Source: Pyrinomonadaceae bacterium (lineage in GTDB: Bacteria; Acidobacteriota; Blastocatellia; Pyrinomonadales; Pyrinomonadaceae). From it: a stretch of 64,000 nt of DNA. Location of the stretch: positions 256,001 to 320,000 of the forward strand of contig JBKBYA010000002.1 in the NCBI GenBank assembly GCA_046313635.1, written 5' to 3'. Positions 7,458-18,121 of this stretch are shown piece by piece. Positions within the stretch are counted from its first letter, which is position 1. Each line of letters starts with the position of its first letter. The notes under the pieces were generated by a model. The model was given only the letters and a program-made list of their open reading frames with translations. It was not told the origin of the DNA and did not search any database. Made by a program: the position numbers and the translations under genes.

Positions 7458-10031
7458 CTAGAGGATCGACAGCCGCGGCGCCGTATCGGCGAGCCGTGAG
7501 CTGAAATTCACTCCGTTCACATTCACGATCACCGTGATCGGCTGGTCGCCCGCACGATTGAGTTCCGAGGGCAGAAGGAAGTCCAGCGCGTAGACCCCGG
7601 GCTCGATCTGTACGCCCGTGGCGGTCACGAGCGACGGCAGTATCGTCACATTTCCTATCTTGACCGACATTACCCCGGGCGTCGTATTCGCGATACCGGT
7701 CATATACAGACGCAGCACCGTCGAGACGCGGCGGCCGCCTTTTATCTTGATCGTCGTGACCGTAAAAGGCTCGCGGGTGAGGACGCGGTTGGTCGCGTTA
7801 AAGACCTTGGCGCGACCGCCGGGTGTCGGCGTCCCGGCCGTGTTGAATATGTCGGGCCGTGTCGGCACGATCGTCATCGTCGTCTTGATCTGCGTACCGT
7901 TGATATTGAGGACGAGCGGGTAGGGCGTTCCCGCGGCGACGCTCGAGAGAAACGGCGGCACGACGAACGCGATGGACTGCGGCCCGACCGATTTGAGTCC
8001 CGCGGCGACGCCGTTGATCGAGAGCGTGACGCCGCTCAATTCTATCGGCAGCTGGAACGAGCGAGAATTGGAGCCGACGGCCGTCCTCGCGGTAATGGGC
8101 TGCGGGCTGCCTGCCGGAAAGTCGAGTATCGCCAGCATCCCGGGCGAAAGGCCAAGCACCGGCTCGGGCGTCTGCGGCGTCGGCGAGGGGCTCGGCGTCG
8201 GTGTCGGCGTCGGCGTCGCGGTAGGCGAAGGCGTCGGCGTCGGCGTCGCGATCACGGCGAGGCCGCTCGCACCGGTCCTGAAGGACAGCGCAGGCGCCGG
8301 GCTCGGCGTCGCGGTCACGAGCGGATTGATCAGGTAATAGACCTCGCTCGCGAAATCCTGATTCCCGGTGCCGATCTCGGTCAGCGCAAGATTGAATGCG
8401 AGCCGCCGCTGCGTATTGCTCGGCAAGGCCTGCGTCGATGCGAGAAAGGTGTTGGGCGTCGGAAACTTTGTCAGCCGTTTGAAGGTGGCCGTCGCCGGCG
8501 GGACCGTAAGCGGGTATGTGTAGATCTGGACCGGCCGAGCGGCGTTGTCGTTCATCCCGTCGCTCGCCGTGGTCGGGATCGTGCCGTCCGGCTTGATGTT
8601 GAGGCGCGTCGACAGCAAAAGCGTCGACGGCGTACCGTTCGAATCGTAATCGGTGAATCCGGGATACCGGTGCACGTCGCCGCCCGACGCAGCCGAGTCG
8701 GCATCGCTCCGCGGGCCGATGCGGCGGAAGTTGGCGCTCGAGAGCGCAGCGTCGTAGACGTAGGTCGCGAACGACGTGTAGTTGTTGCCGCTATTCTCGC
8801 CGGCGAGATCTGCGTAAGAATCAAACGCTATGTACCGGCCGTCGCGGCTCATTCGTCGGCCCTGGTCGAGAAGGTTAACGACGCCGTTGCCGCTCGACGG
8901 AGTAGTGACGGTGATCTGCTTCTTCAAACCCGTCGGAGCTCCCGTCGCGTCGAGGTCGGAGAAATGTATCTCCTCGTTGCGGCTCGTCGACGGGTTGTTG
9001 CCGCCGGTCATTCCGACGATCGGATTTTCGCCCGTGCTCGCGAAAGCAACGCGCAGCCCGCTGCCGGATATCGTCGGATTCTTGTTATAGATCGGACTCG
9101 AGAGTGTGCCGCGCTGGGTCTTTGTGACCTGATTCAGCAGACCGCCGCCCGGCGACCCGCTCCATGTGTACGTGAATATCTCGTCATTGTCCTCGGCCGG
9201 GAAGGGGTTGCCGACCGCCGGGACAAGATCGCGGGTAGATACAAATGCGATCGCGCGGCCGTTGTCGCTGATGCTCGGGTCGTGGTTGTCGTCGGCGACA
9301 AAGGCTCCGCTGGTGCCGTTCGCCGACCGCGGCAGCTGGCTCGCCGGCGTGTTGGTGATCTGGTAGAACGCCGCACCGGCGACCGCCGCGCCGTTGGCGT
9401 CGTAAGGACTCAGAAAGGTCAGCGGCTGCTCGTCGCCTGCCGAGAGGTCGGGCACGCCCGGCACCGGCGGTATCTGGTAAAGCCAGAGCTCGAGATTGGC
9501 GTCGTTGGTCAGCGGGTTGGCCCCGGGCGTGGGCGAGGCGGTCGGCGACGGCGAAGGCGTCGGGGTGGGAGCCGTATAGGCGTTGCCGTCAAAGCGGCCC
9601 GGATTGGTCCCGTTCACCGGCTGGCCCGCGACCGAGGTCGTTGCATTCGAACTGAAAGCTATCCAGCGCCCGTCGTTGCTGATCACCGGACGAATGTTCG
9701 TGATCTCGACGCGGATATTCGAAAAGCCCGTTCCCGCGTTCGGGTCGATCAAAACGCTCTTTGTGTCGGTGATCTGAAAGATCCGCCGCTGCGCATAATC
9801 CCAGAGAAAGATCTCGACGTTGCCGTCGGCGTTTCGGGGATTTTGGGTGTCGTGATTTCCGCGCGATTCAAAGACGACAAAGCGGCCGTCGCCGCTCACG
9901 CCGCCCGCGAACGATTCGGCGGGAGAATTGGTAAACTGACCGATGACCGTATCCACAGCCTGCCCAAAAGCGGCTAGCGAGAACGTGAGAAACAGAATGG
10001 CCAAAAAGATGGGACTAATGCGAAGCTTCAC
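7458..10031 (-). CDS. Secreted TolB/PD40-like beta-propeller protein with Pro-Thr linkers and TIGR03437-like C-terminal domain
   Basis: GTG at 10031 after GAGGAG; signal peptide; repeated S.DGR.(I/V)(A/V)F.S blades; PTPTPS linkers; C-terminal LPIELSGVTLSING, LYMTGI, PGVY. Confidence 0.8.
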   Translation of the reverse strand: MKLRISPIFLAILFLTFSLAAFGQAVDTVIGQFTNSPAESFAGGVSGDGRFVVFESRGNHDTQNPRNADGNVEIFLWDYAQRRIFQITDTKSVLIDPNAGTGFSNIRVEITNIRPVISNDGRWIAFSSNATTSVAGQPVNGTNPGRFDGNAYTAPTPTPSPSPTASPTPGANPLTNDANLELWLYQIPPVPGVPDLSAGDEQPLTFLSPYDANGAAVAGAAFYQITNTPASQLPRSANGTSGAFVADDNHDPSISDNGRAIAFVSTRDLVPAVGNPFPAEDNDEIFTYTWSGSPGGGLLNQVTKTQRGTLSSPIYNKNPTISGSGLRVAFASTGENPIVGMTGGNNPSTSRNEEIHFSDLDATGAPTGLKKQITVTTPSSGNGVVNLLDQGRRMSRDGRYIAFDSYADLAGENSGNNYTSFATYVYDAALSSANFRRIGPRSDADSAASGGDVHRYPGFTDYDSNGTPSTLLLSTRLNIKPDGTIPTTASDGMNDNAARPVQIYTYPLTVPPATATFKRLTKFPTPNTFLASTQALPSNTQRRLAFNLALTEIGTGNQDFASEVYYLINPLVTATPSPAPALSFRTGASGLAVIATPTPTPSPTATPTPTPTPSPSPTPQTPEPVLGLSPGMLAILDFPAGSPQPITARTAVGSNSRSFQLPIELSGVTLSINGVAAGLKSVGPQSIAFVVPPFLSSVAAGTPYPLVLNINGTQIKTTMTIVPTRPDIFNTAGTPTPGGRAKVFNATNRVLTREPFTVTTIKIKGGRRVSTVLRLYMTGIANTTPGVMSVKIGNVTILPSLVTATGVQIEPGVYALDFLLPSELNRAGDQPITVIVNVNGVNFSSRLADTAPRLSIL

Positions 10032-10265
10032 AAACTCCTCCAGAATCGCGTGTCCAGTCACGCCGGGTACCTGTCTAAAATTTTGGTAAAAGGCTGGATG
10101 CACAAAAGGTTAAAGTTTAAGGGCAAAAACAGGCATCTGCAAGCACGATGCCCGCGTGCCGCCAGGGTCGGAAAACAAAATCCGGCTCTAAGATGCCCAT
10201 TATCTCGCGGTTGGTTGTAGCTTTACGAGGGCCGCGAAATGCTCGTCACCGGGCTGTCGGAACAA

Positions 10266-11450
10266 ATGTCGTCAAGAGTGTTGAGAGTGTTGATCGTCGC
10301 CGGCGAAGCCTCGGGCGACCTGCATGCGGCAAAATTAGCCGCGGCGCTGCGCGAGGCGGCGCCTCAGATCGAGTTCGATCTATTCGGTGCTGCCGGCCCG
10401 CGGATGCGCGAGGTCGGTGTCGATGCGGTCGTGCGGTCAGACGGCCTTTCGGTGATCGGTTTGCCCGAGATCGGCCGCGCGCTGCCGATGTTTTGGCGGG
10501 CATTCAAGGCACTGAAGACGGCGGCCCGCGAGCGAAAGGCCGACGTCGCGGTGCTGGTCGATTTTCCCGACTTCAATCTCAAACTCGCCCGCGCGCTCAA
10601 GCGGCAGGGCGTCCGCGTCGTCTATTACATCTCGCCGCAGCTTTGGGCGTGGCGGAGCTATCGCCGCCGCACGATCAGAAAGTACGTCGACCTGCTGATC
10701 ACGATCCTCCCGTTCGAAAAGGATTGGTACGCCCGGCACGGCATTGAGAATGTCGAATACGTCGGCAGCCCTCTGGCGCGCGAGGTTTTTGCCTCGCGGG
10801 CGCGTGAGGAGTTTTGTCGAGACCATGGGCTCGATGCGGCGCGGCCGATCGTGTCGCTCCTGCCCGGCAGCCGTCATAAAGAGATCGTCAAGATCCTGCC
10901 GGCGATGCTCGACGCGGCCGAGCTGCTTCGTCGGCGGAGAGCCGACCTCCAGATGCTCCTGCCGCTCGGTTCTGAAAAGAACGCGGCCGACGCTCGCGAG
11001 ATCTTGAGAGACCGTCCGGCCGGCGAGCGGCTGCAGGTGATCGTCGGAGAGACCTACGACGCGTTGAACGCGTCGGACGCCGCGGCCATCGCCAGCGGCA
11101 CCGCAACGCTCGAAGCCGGCATCATCGGCACGCCGATGGCGATCGTTTATAAGACAACCTCTTTGAATTACAAACTTCTGCGGCCGCTGATCTCGGTCGA
11201 GCACTTCGGACTGATAAATCTGATCGCCGGCGAACGGATCGCGAACGAACTGATCCAGAACGACCTCACGCCGCAAGCGCTGGCCGACGAGATCGAGCGG
11301 CTCCTCGAGCCTGACACGAACGCCCTCGTTCGCGAGCGTCTGAGAGCGGCGACCGACAAGCTCGGTCACGGCGGAGCGTCGCGCCGCGCGGCCGAGGCGA
11401 TCCTAAAGCTGGCCGGCGTGGCGGCGGGCGATCAGCCGGCGCCATCCTGA
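10266..11450 (+). CDS. lpxB: Lipid-A-disaccharide synthase
   Basis: [42 protein letters not shown]. Confidence 0.95.
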   Translation: MSSRVLRVLIVAGEASGDLHAAKLAAALREAAPQIEFDLFGAAGPRMREVGVDAVVRSDGLSVIGLPEIGRALPMFWRAFKALKTAARERKADVAVLVDFPDFNLKLARALKRQGVRVVYYISPQLWAWRSYRRRTIRKYVDLLITILPFEKDWYARHGIENVEYVGSPLAREVFASRAREEFCRDHGLDAARPIVSLLPGSRHKEIVKILPAMLDAAELLRRRRADLQMLLPLGSEKNAADAREILRDRPAGERLQVIVGETYDALNASDAAAIASGTATLEAGIIGTPMAIVYKTTSLNYKLLRPLISVEHFGLINLIAGERIANELIQNDLTPQALADEIERLLEPDTNALVRERLRAATDKLGHGGASRRAAEAILKLAGVAAGDQPAPS

Positions 11451-12442
11451 CGTTCGAGTTTCTTTTTGATCTCCTTTACCTCTGCACGCAGACGTTCGAG
11501 TCCCTTGACCAGCGCATTCTGACGCTTATATTCGTCGAGCGGCTGCACAGGCGTGCCCCACCAGACGCCGGGGCGAACGATCTTGCCCGGCAGCACGCCG
11601 GCCTGCGAGCCGATCACCGCGCCGCTTTTGACGGTCGCGTGATCGCCCATCCCGACCTGACCGCCGATGACGCAGTCGTCCTCGATTACGGTGCTGCCCG
11701 AGATGCCGGTCTGCGCGGCGATGACGACGCGTCTGCCGATCTGCACGTTGTGACCGATCTGAACGAGATTGTCGATCTTTGTACCTTCGCCGATGCGTGT
11801 CTCGCCGAGCGCTGCGCGATCGACGCAGGTATTGGCGCCGATCTCGACGTCGTCTTCGATCACGACGGTCCCGATCTGCGGGAACTTTACGTACTCAGCT
11901 TTGTCCCGGACATAGCCGAAACCGTCGGCGCCGATCACGACGCCGCTGTGAAGTATGACGCGGCTGCCGATGCTGCATCCGTCGTCGATGAAGACGTTTG
12001 GGTGCAGGACGCAGTTATCGCCGATCGACACTCGGTCGCCGATCTTTGCGCCGGGCCGCAGCTGCGTGCCGGCGCCGATGCGCGAGCCCTCGCCGACGCA
12101 GCAGTGGGCGCCGATAAAGACATTGTCCCCGATCACCGCCTCGGCGGCGACGACCGCGGAAGGATGGATCTCGGGGCGGCGGACCTTTTGCGGGTGCAGG
12201 AGCGCGGCGAGGCGGGCAAAGGCGAGCTTTGGCACGTCGACCTTGATATGCGTGCCGGAGCCGGCAAATTTCCGCGGCACGATCAGGCACGCCGCGGAGC
12301 ATTCAAATTCGATATCGCCTTTTTCGACGAATGCGATCTCGCCGTCCGCCGCTTTTCGCAGGTCAGCGACGCGTTCGATCTCGACGTCGCCGCGTCCGAC
12401 GAGCTCGCCGCCGAGGAATTCGGCAATTTCCCGAGTTTTCAT
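11432..12442 (-). CDS. lpxD: UDP-3-O-(3-hydroxymyristoyl)glucosamine N-acyltransferase
   Basis: Hexapeptide repeats, [27 protein letters not shown]; start [12 protein letters not shown]. Confidence 0.95.
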   Translation of the reverse strand: MKTREIAEFLGGELVGRGDVEIERVADLRKAADGEIAFVEKGDIEFECSAACLIVPRKFAGSGTHIKVDVPKLAFARLAALLHPQKVRRPEIHPSAVVAAEAVIGDNVFIGAHCCVGEGSRIGAGTQLRPGAKIGDRVSIGDNCVLHPNVFIDDGCSIGSRVILHSGVVIGADGFGYVRDKAEYVKFPQIGTVVIEDDVEIGANTCVDRAALGETRIGEGTKIDNLVQIGHNVQIGRRVVIAAQTGISGSTVIEDDCVIGGQVGMGDHATVKSGAVIGSQAGVLPGKIVRPGVWWGTPVQPLDEYKRQNALVKGLERLRAEVKEIKKKLERQDGAG

Positions 12443-12476
12443 CAGCGAAGAATTTAATACTTTTTGAGGATAAAAG

Positions 12477-12758
12477 TCAGGCCGCGCGTTCGGCGTCGTC
12501 GATCGCCTTTTGCAGAAAGAATTCGACACCGTCGATCTCGACGCCATGTTCGTCCCGCAGCCGCTTGATGACCGACGCGGCGTCGCTGTCGATAAAGGTG
12601 AGGTCGGCGAGGTCGAGCGTCGTATTCACGCCGATGCCGTGCTCGCCGCTTGTCACGACGCGTTCGATGAGGAGGGCGTCGTCGAGCGTCATATCGCCTG
12701 CGACGCGGAGAATATTGCGGCCATCGGGAGATCGATGTTGTGTGATATTCGTCGGCAT
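12477..12758 (-). CDS. STAS domain protein
   Basis: [18 protein letters not shown] motif. Confidence 0.7.
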   Translation of the reverse strand: MPTNITQHRSPDGRNILRVAGDMTLDDALLIERVVTSGEHGIGVNTTLDLADLTFIDSDAASVIKRLRDEHGVEIDGVEFFLQKAIDDAERAA

Positions 12759-12793
12759 CTGTATCGATGGTCTACTCTGCTTTTACGCAGGGG

Positions 12794-13711
12794 TCAAGCA
12801 AGGGTTTCGTGTATCGCGGCCCGCTCGCGTGTGACGACGTACACGCCCGCAAAGATCAACGCCGCCGCGGCAAAGAACTTTGCGTCGACACGCTCATTCA
12901 AAAACACCACCGCCAGCAGAAACCCGATCAGCGGCTGCAGATAAACGTACACCGCGACGGTCGAGGGGCTCACTCTCGCGAGGGCCCAGGCGTTCAGCAG
13001 GTACGGCGACGCGGTCGCCCCGATCGCGATGTAGATAACGAGCAGCCAGACGCTCTGTCCGACATTCGAGATGTCGACGAAACTCATCGAACTCGCCCCA
13101 AGCGGCACGCAGATCACGGCGGCGAACAAAAAGACCCACATCATCGAGCGGAACGCGCCGTTCCTCTCGATAACGCGTTTTGAGGTCGCGACATATATCC
13201 CGTACGACAGAGAATTTGCGACGATGAGCAGATCGCCGCGAGTCGTCTCGGACGAGAACGAAGCGTTGCGCGGATCGATGACCAGGAGCACGCCGGCGGC
13301 GGCGAGCAGCATCCCGAGCAGCTTTGCGCCGCGAAGCCGTTCGCTGCCGGCGACGGCGCTGACGGCGAGCGTAAAGACGGGTATCGTCACGGCAAGCAGC
13401 GAAGTGTTGGCCGCCTTGGTGAGCGAGAGACCGGTGACGAAGAGCAGTTGGTTGAACGTGACGCCGAAAAGGCTCAGCACCGCGAGCCGCCAGTAATCGC
13501 CTTTCGCCTTGAGCCTCACTCGGCCCCTGACCGTCTGCACGGCAAGCAGGACGACGGCCGTGATGCCGACGCGAAAGCCGACCAGCCCGACCGGCGGCAC
13601 GGCGGTCAGCACGACCTTTGCGATCACCGGCAGCGAGCCGAAAAAGGCCTGCACGCCGAGAAGTGCGAGGTGCGGCGCGTACGCGGTCCGGGCGTTTACG
13701 TTCGAGCGCAT
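12794..13711 (-). CDS. DMT/EamA family transporter
   Basis: About 10 TM helices, two EamA repeats (GLSLTKAANTSLL, YLQPLIG). Confidence 0.88.
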   Translation of the reverse strand: MRSNVNARTAYAPHLALLGVQAFFGSLPVIAKVVLTAVPPVGLVGFRVGITAVVLLAVQTVRGRVRLKAKGDYWRLAVLSLFGVTFNQLLFVTGLSLTKAANTSLLAVTIPVFTLAVSAVAGSERLRGAKLLGMLLAAAGVLLVIDPRNASFSSETTRGDLLIVANSLSYGIYVATSKRVIERNGAFRSMMWVFLFAAVICVPLGASSMSFVDISNVGQSVWLLVIYIAIGATASPYLLNAWALARVSPSTVAVYVYLQPLIGFLLAVVFLNERVDAKFFAAAALIFAGVYVVTRERAAIHETLA

Positions 13712-13845
13712 TATCGACAAAGCTAGCGGAGGCGTCGCGGTTTAACAAACTCGGCGAGAGTGCAGCGCGTTCTTCGCGGAAAGCGATCGCGTGCATGACC
13801 GCTTCCAAACTCTCGTTGCCAAGCTCTACGGTCGGACGGGCGGCC

Positions 13846-15135
13846 TCAGACCGTCTCTGCGGCGGCCGCGCCGGATCGCAGCGGCAGGCGACGGCCGTAG
13901 GTCAGCTGTCGCCAGATCCATTCGAGCGGCCCGTATTTGAAGCTTCGGAGCCAGACTGTGCTGAGTACGACCTGGCCGGCAAAGATCGCCGCGGCGAGCA
14001 GCGTCGCGGTCGTCGGGCCGACTTTGCCGAATTGGCCGAGGCCGTAGCCGTAAAAGATCAGGACGCACACGACCGTTTGCATAATGTAATTGGTTAGTGC
14101 CATCCGGCCCACGGGCGCGAGTAACGCAAGCGGACGCCGCCACGCGACGCTCTGCCAGAGGATGGCGACCAGCGCCGCGATCCCGAGTGCGAGTGCCGGC
14201 ACGCCGACCGCGTAGAGGACGACGCCGAGGATGCCGGCCGCGGTCGGAGGGAAGACGGCCTCTTTGCCGGCGACCGCGGCGAATATCAGATTTGCCGCGA
14301 GTCCCACGCCGAGACCGTAGGTCATCACGCGGCGGATGAAGGGCAGGTTGGCCTCGACATTTTGAAAGAATCCGCGGCGGAACGCGTACAGGCCGAGCAG
14401 GAACATCGCGAGGATCTTCGGCAGGCGCATGTCAAAGATAAGGCCTGCGTAACGGCCGGCGACGTAGTTGAGATTAAAGCCGGTGACGATCTCGAGGTAT
14501 GTGCCCTCGGACGCGCGGCGGGACATTTCGCGCCAAAATTCGCTCTGGCCTGTTTCGAACTGGGCGAGTGCCTCAGGCGAGACGAACGCCTTGAAGAGCG
14601 CGAAGAGCAGCAGGTAGCTCAATACCGGGACGATCATCAGGCCGGCGGCCCATTTGAGCAGCGAGCGGTCCGGCTTGCGGCGAAATAGTATCAGGACGAA
14701 GCCCATCACCGCGTAGATGCTCAAAATGTCGCCCGCCCACAGCAGGTACGCATGCAGCAGCCCGATCACAAGAAGCCAAAACAGTCGCCGCTTGAAGAGG
14801 CTCGCGCCCGCGTCGCCCCGTACCTCGGCCCGGGCCATCTGCAAGGCAAAGCCGAAGCCGAACAAGAACGAAAAGATCGAATAGAATTTGCCCTCGACCA
14901 AAAAGTGCACGGCAAAATGCACGGCCTTGTCGAGACCGGAAAACTCGGCCGCTAGAAAAGCGGGCATGAATCCGTAGCCCGAGAACCACTGCATGTTGCC
15001 GAAGAGAATGCCGCCGATCGCGAGCCCGCGGAGGGCGTCGATCACGTCGAGGCGTTCGGTTGGCGGGGTCGGGCCGAGCTGGTTGTTCATAGTTGACGGC
15101 AAGACGTTCGCGGAGCCGCTCGCGGCGGGCGACAT
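13846..15135 (-). CDS. DUF418 family membrane protein
   Basis: ERLDVIDALRGLA, GKFYSIFSFLFG, GDILSIYA, GRMALTNY, GPLEWIWR; start could be 15090. Confidence 0.88.
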   Translation of the reverse strand: MSPAASGSANVLPSTMNNQLGPTPPTERLDVIDALRGLAIGGILFGNMQWFSGYGFMPAFLAAEFSGLDKAVHFAVHFLVEGKFYSIFSFLFGFGFALQMARAEVRGDAGASLFKRRLFWLLVIGLLHAYLLWAGDILSIYAVMGFVLILFRRKPDRSLLKWAAGLMIVPVLSYLLLFALFKAFVSPEALAQFETGQSEFWREMSRRASEGTYLEIVTGFNLNYVAGRYAGLIFDMRLPKILAMFLLGLYAFRRGFFQNVEANLPFIRRVMTYGLGVGLAANLIFAAVAGKEAVFPPTAAGILGVVLYAVGVPALALGIAALVAILWQSVAWRRPLALLAPVGRMALTNYIMQTVVCVLIFYGYGLGQFGKVGPTTATLLAAAIFAGQVVLSTVWLRSFKYGPLEWIWRQLTYGRRLPLRSGAAAAETV

Positions 15136-15394
15136 CGCCTGCACCTCGGTCGCGATCGTCGGTAAGCCATTCTGCACTACGGCGGCTTGCCTGAAAAGTT
15201 CCGGCCCTCGTCGGCGCGGACCGATCGCGGTCTCGCTTCGGCTGCCGCCGCCGCAGGCCCGCGATTCGACCGCAGCCGGGCCGGCGGCCAGATCCCTTTT
15301 CAAATTCGGGCTTTGTGCACTATCATCTTCGGGCCCTGCGCGCGTTCACCCTACGCGGCCCGCGGTAGATCAAAACTCAAAAAGGAATAACGAG

Positions 15395-16198
15395 ATGAGA
15401 GCCTATGTCTATTTGACGGCAGTGTGCTTGCTGTCGGTCCCGGTCGCGATCGGACAGTCAAAGCCCGAGCTCTCGGCCGAGGCCGAAGCTCGTGCGGTCG
15501 CGCTCTTTGACCGGGCGTCGGCGTGCGACGACGACGACATTTATTGCCAGGTCACAAACTATTCAAAAGCCATCGAGCTACATCCGGGCTTTTCGCAGGC
15601 GTACAACAATCGCGGCACGGCCTTTAAGCTCTCGGGCGATCTTGAGCGAGCGCTGCGCGACTACTCGCGCGCCGCCGAGATCGACCCAAAATTCACGCAG
15701 GCCCTGTACAATCGGGCCGTGGTGCTGTTGGCCAGGGGCGACGCCGCCGGCGCGGTCCGCGACTTTGACGCGGCGATCGCCGTGTCGCCGGAACTGTTTC
15801 TGTCGTATGTCGGGCGAGGCAACGCGCTGCTTAAGCTCTTCAGGCTCGAACGCGCGGCCGCAGACTTTGACACGGCGATACGGATCGAGCCGCGATTTGC
15901 CGGCAGCTATTACGGCCGCGGGCTCGCGCGCCTTTACAATAACGACTGCGACCGTGCCGCGAGCGACTTTGGCAAAGTGATCGAGCTCGACCCGGGATTT
16001 GCTTTCGCATATCTCAACCGGGCCCTCTGCCTTGAGAGAAGCGACCGCATAACAAGCGCCTTGGCCGACGTGGACAAATTCGTCGAGCTCAGCCCAAACG
16101 ACCCGCGGGGTTACAGCGCACGAGCCCGCTTGTTTGACAAGCTCGGAAACACGCGGCGGGCCGAGGCCGACCGCAGACGAGCGTCGGGGTTTGAATAG
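15395..16198 (+). CDS. Secreted tetratricopeptide repeat protein
   Basis: ATG after AAGGA; signal peptide; repeated AY.NRG...A..D...AI.L.P units. Confidence 0.85.
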   Translation: MRAYVYLTAVCLLSVPVAIGQSKPELSAEAEARAVALFDRASACDDDDIYCQVTNYSKAIELHPGFSQAYNNRGTAFKLSGDLERALRDYSRAAEIDPKFTQALYNRAVVLLARGDAAGAVRDFDAAIAVSPELFLSYVGRGNALLKLFRLERAAADFDTAIRIEPRFAGSYYGRGLARLYNNDCDRAASDFGKVIELDPGFAFAYLNRALCLERSDRITSALADVDKFVELSPNDPRGYSARARLFDKLGNTRRAEADRRRASGFE

Positions 16199-16286
16199 AC
16201 CGCGGCGATATCTGAGATCGTTTTGTGACGCGGCCGGCCGCCGGGCCGTGGAGAGGTTACATTTCGAACGTATGAGAGGTCATTTG

Positions 16287-17951
16287 ATGGATCGAATTTT
16301 TTTGACGCCCGCACACCGGCGTTGGCTGACGATCGCGCTCTTGTGGTCGATCGTCGTCGGTCAGGTCGCCGCGCAGTCGGCGGCGCCTGCTTTGTCCGGC
16401 ATCGAGCGCGAGATCGCCGACCGTATCACTATCGCGTCGATCAAGGACTCGACCGCAACGCTGTCGTCGCCCGAGATGGAAGGCCGCGGGACAGGCCAGC
16501 CCGGCGGTGACAAGGCCGCCAACTGGATCGCCGACCGCTTTAAGGCGCTCGGCCTCAAGCCGCTCGGCGACAAGGGATCTTACCTTCAGCGAGTCGAATT
16601 CAAGGAGACGGTCGTAAGTCCCGACTCGATGTTCAAGGCTGGCGACGAGACGCTTGTGCACGGAACGGATTACGCGTTCCTGCCGATGAATAACGGCAGC
16701 AAGGACGTATCGGGCGATCTCGTCTTTGTCTCGTACGGCATTCAGGCAAGGCAGGCCGACATCGATCAGCTCGCAGGGACCAACCTGATGGGCAAGGTCG
16801 TGATGTTGATCGAGGGGCCGCCGCCCGGATTTCCCAAGGAAAAGTGGGCCGAGCAAAAGGCCTCATTCGCGATACTGCAAAATCTCATTCGCCAGGGCGC
16901 GGCCGCCATCGTTTTTATGACGCGCGGCGACGAGGACCGGCCGGCCGAGATGATGATCGACTACTTCAGCCGGCGGCAGATCACGACGCCGGACGAAGAG
17001 GGCTATCCGGCATTTGTGCCGCCGCTGCTTTATCTGAGCAGCAAAGGTGCCGAGAAGCTCTTTGCTAAAGCGGGCACGACGCTAAAGGATGCGATGGCCG
17101 CGGCCCACACGCGAGAGTTCAAGTCGATCGAACTAAAGCAAAAGGCAAAGATTGTCGCACGCTACAAGGCCACAAAGGCCGCGGGCAGCAACGTCGTCGG
17201 TTATCTGGAAGGCTCTGATCCGCAGCTCAGGTCCGAAGCGGTCCTATTCACCGCGCACTACGATGCGTACGGTAAGGACAACGGCAAGGTCTATCACGGT
17301 GCCGCCGACAACGCGCTCGGCACCGCCGAGATGCTGGCCGTGGCGGAGGCCTACTCAAAGCTCTCGCAGAGACCAAAGCGATCGATGATATTCCTGGCCG
17401 TCACTGCGGAAGAGTACGGCCTCTACGGCTCGAAGCACTGGGCCAAAAATCCGACGTGGGACATCAAGAAGGTCGCGGCCAACCTCAATCTCGACGGCAT
17501 CGGCACGGAAGTGTACGGCCCCGTCAAAACGATGGTCGGCTACGGTGCCGAACATTCGACCCTCGGGCCGCTGCTTGACGAGGTAGCAAGGCCGCTCGGG
17601 ATCAGCGTCATCCCCGACCCGATGCCGGATGAAAAGGTTTTTTACCGTTCGGACCACTACTCGTTTGTCGAGCGCGGCGTCCCGGCGCTGATGCTGCTCG
17701 GTGCGCCGGCCGGCGAAAAAGAGGTCTGGATCAAAAGGATCAAAGAGTGGGAAAAGACCGATTATCATCAACCCGCCGACGTGATTCGGCCGGAGTGGTC
17801 CTGGGAAGGCGCCGAAACCGTCGCCGAAGTGATGGCGATAATGGGCTGGCGGATATCGGAAACGGCCGAAATGCCGAAGTGGCTCTCAACCGGGAGATTC
17901 GGAAAGCTCAAGCGAGGAAATACCGATAAGCTGCCCGAAGAGCAAAAGTAG
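16287..17951 (+). CDS. M28 family aminopeptidase with PA domain
   Basis: MEGRGTG, TAHYD, GAADNALG, TAEEYGLYGS, NLDGIG, RSDH, DYHQPAD. Confidence 0.92.
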   Translation: MDRIFLTPAHRRWLTIALLWSIVVGQVAAQSAAPALSGIEREIADRITIASIKDSTATLSSPEMEGRGTGQPGGDKAANWIADRFKALGLKPLGDKGSYLQRVEFKETVVSPDSMFKAGDETLVHGTDYAFLPMNNGSKDVSGDLVFVSYGIQARQADIDQLAGTNLMGKVVMLIEGPPPGFPKEKWAEQKASFAILQNLIRQGAAAIVFMTRGDEDRPAEMMIDYFSRRQITTPDEEGYPAFVPPLLYLSSKGAEKLFAKAGTTLKDAMAAAHTREFKSIELKQKAKIVARYKATKAAGSNVVGYLEGSDPQLRSEAVLFTAHYDAYGKDNGKVYHGAADNALGTAEMLAVAEAYSKLSQRPKRSMIFLAVTAEEYGLYGSKHWAKNPTWDIKKVAANLNLDGIGTEVYGPVKTMVGYGAEHSTLGPLLDEVARPLGISVIPDPMPDEKVFYRSDHYSFVERGVPALMLLGAPAGEKEVWIKRIKEWEKTDYHQPADVIRPEWSWEGAETVAEVMAIMGWRISETAEMPKWLSTGRFGKLKRGNTDKLPEEQK

Positions 17952-18121
17952 ACAGTTAAGCGAAGCGGGCCAAGACCTGCTTTTTTCTTCCGCGGTTGTC
18001 GACGGCCGCGAAACGTCCAAGGGAATCTATCCTCGGTCGTCTTGAACAGAGCATTCGGGTTGAAGCAAAATTTCGTGCGCCGGCACTCGACTCCGACTCC
18101 TATGGCGATAAGGAACTGATC

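Noticed and set aside
8170..8250. GGCGTC tandem repeat as a DNA element
   Set aside because: Explained by the Pro-Thr linker codons of the surface protein.
11432..11450. 19-bp convergent overlap of lpxB and lpxD
   Set aside because: Short tail-to-tail overlaps are common in GC-rich genomes.
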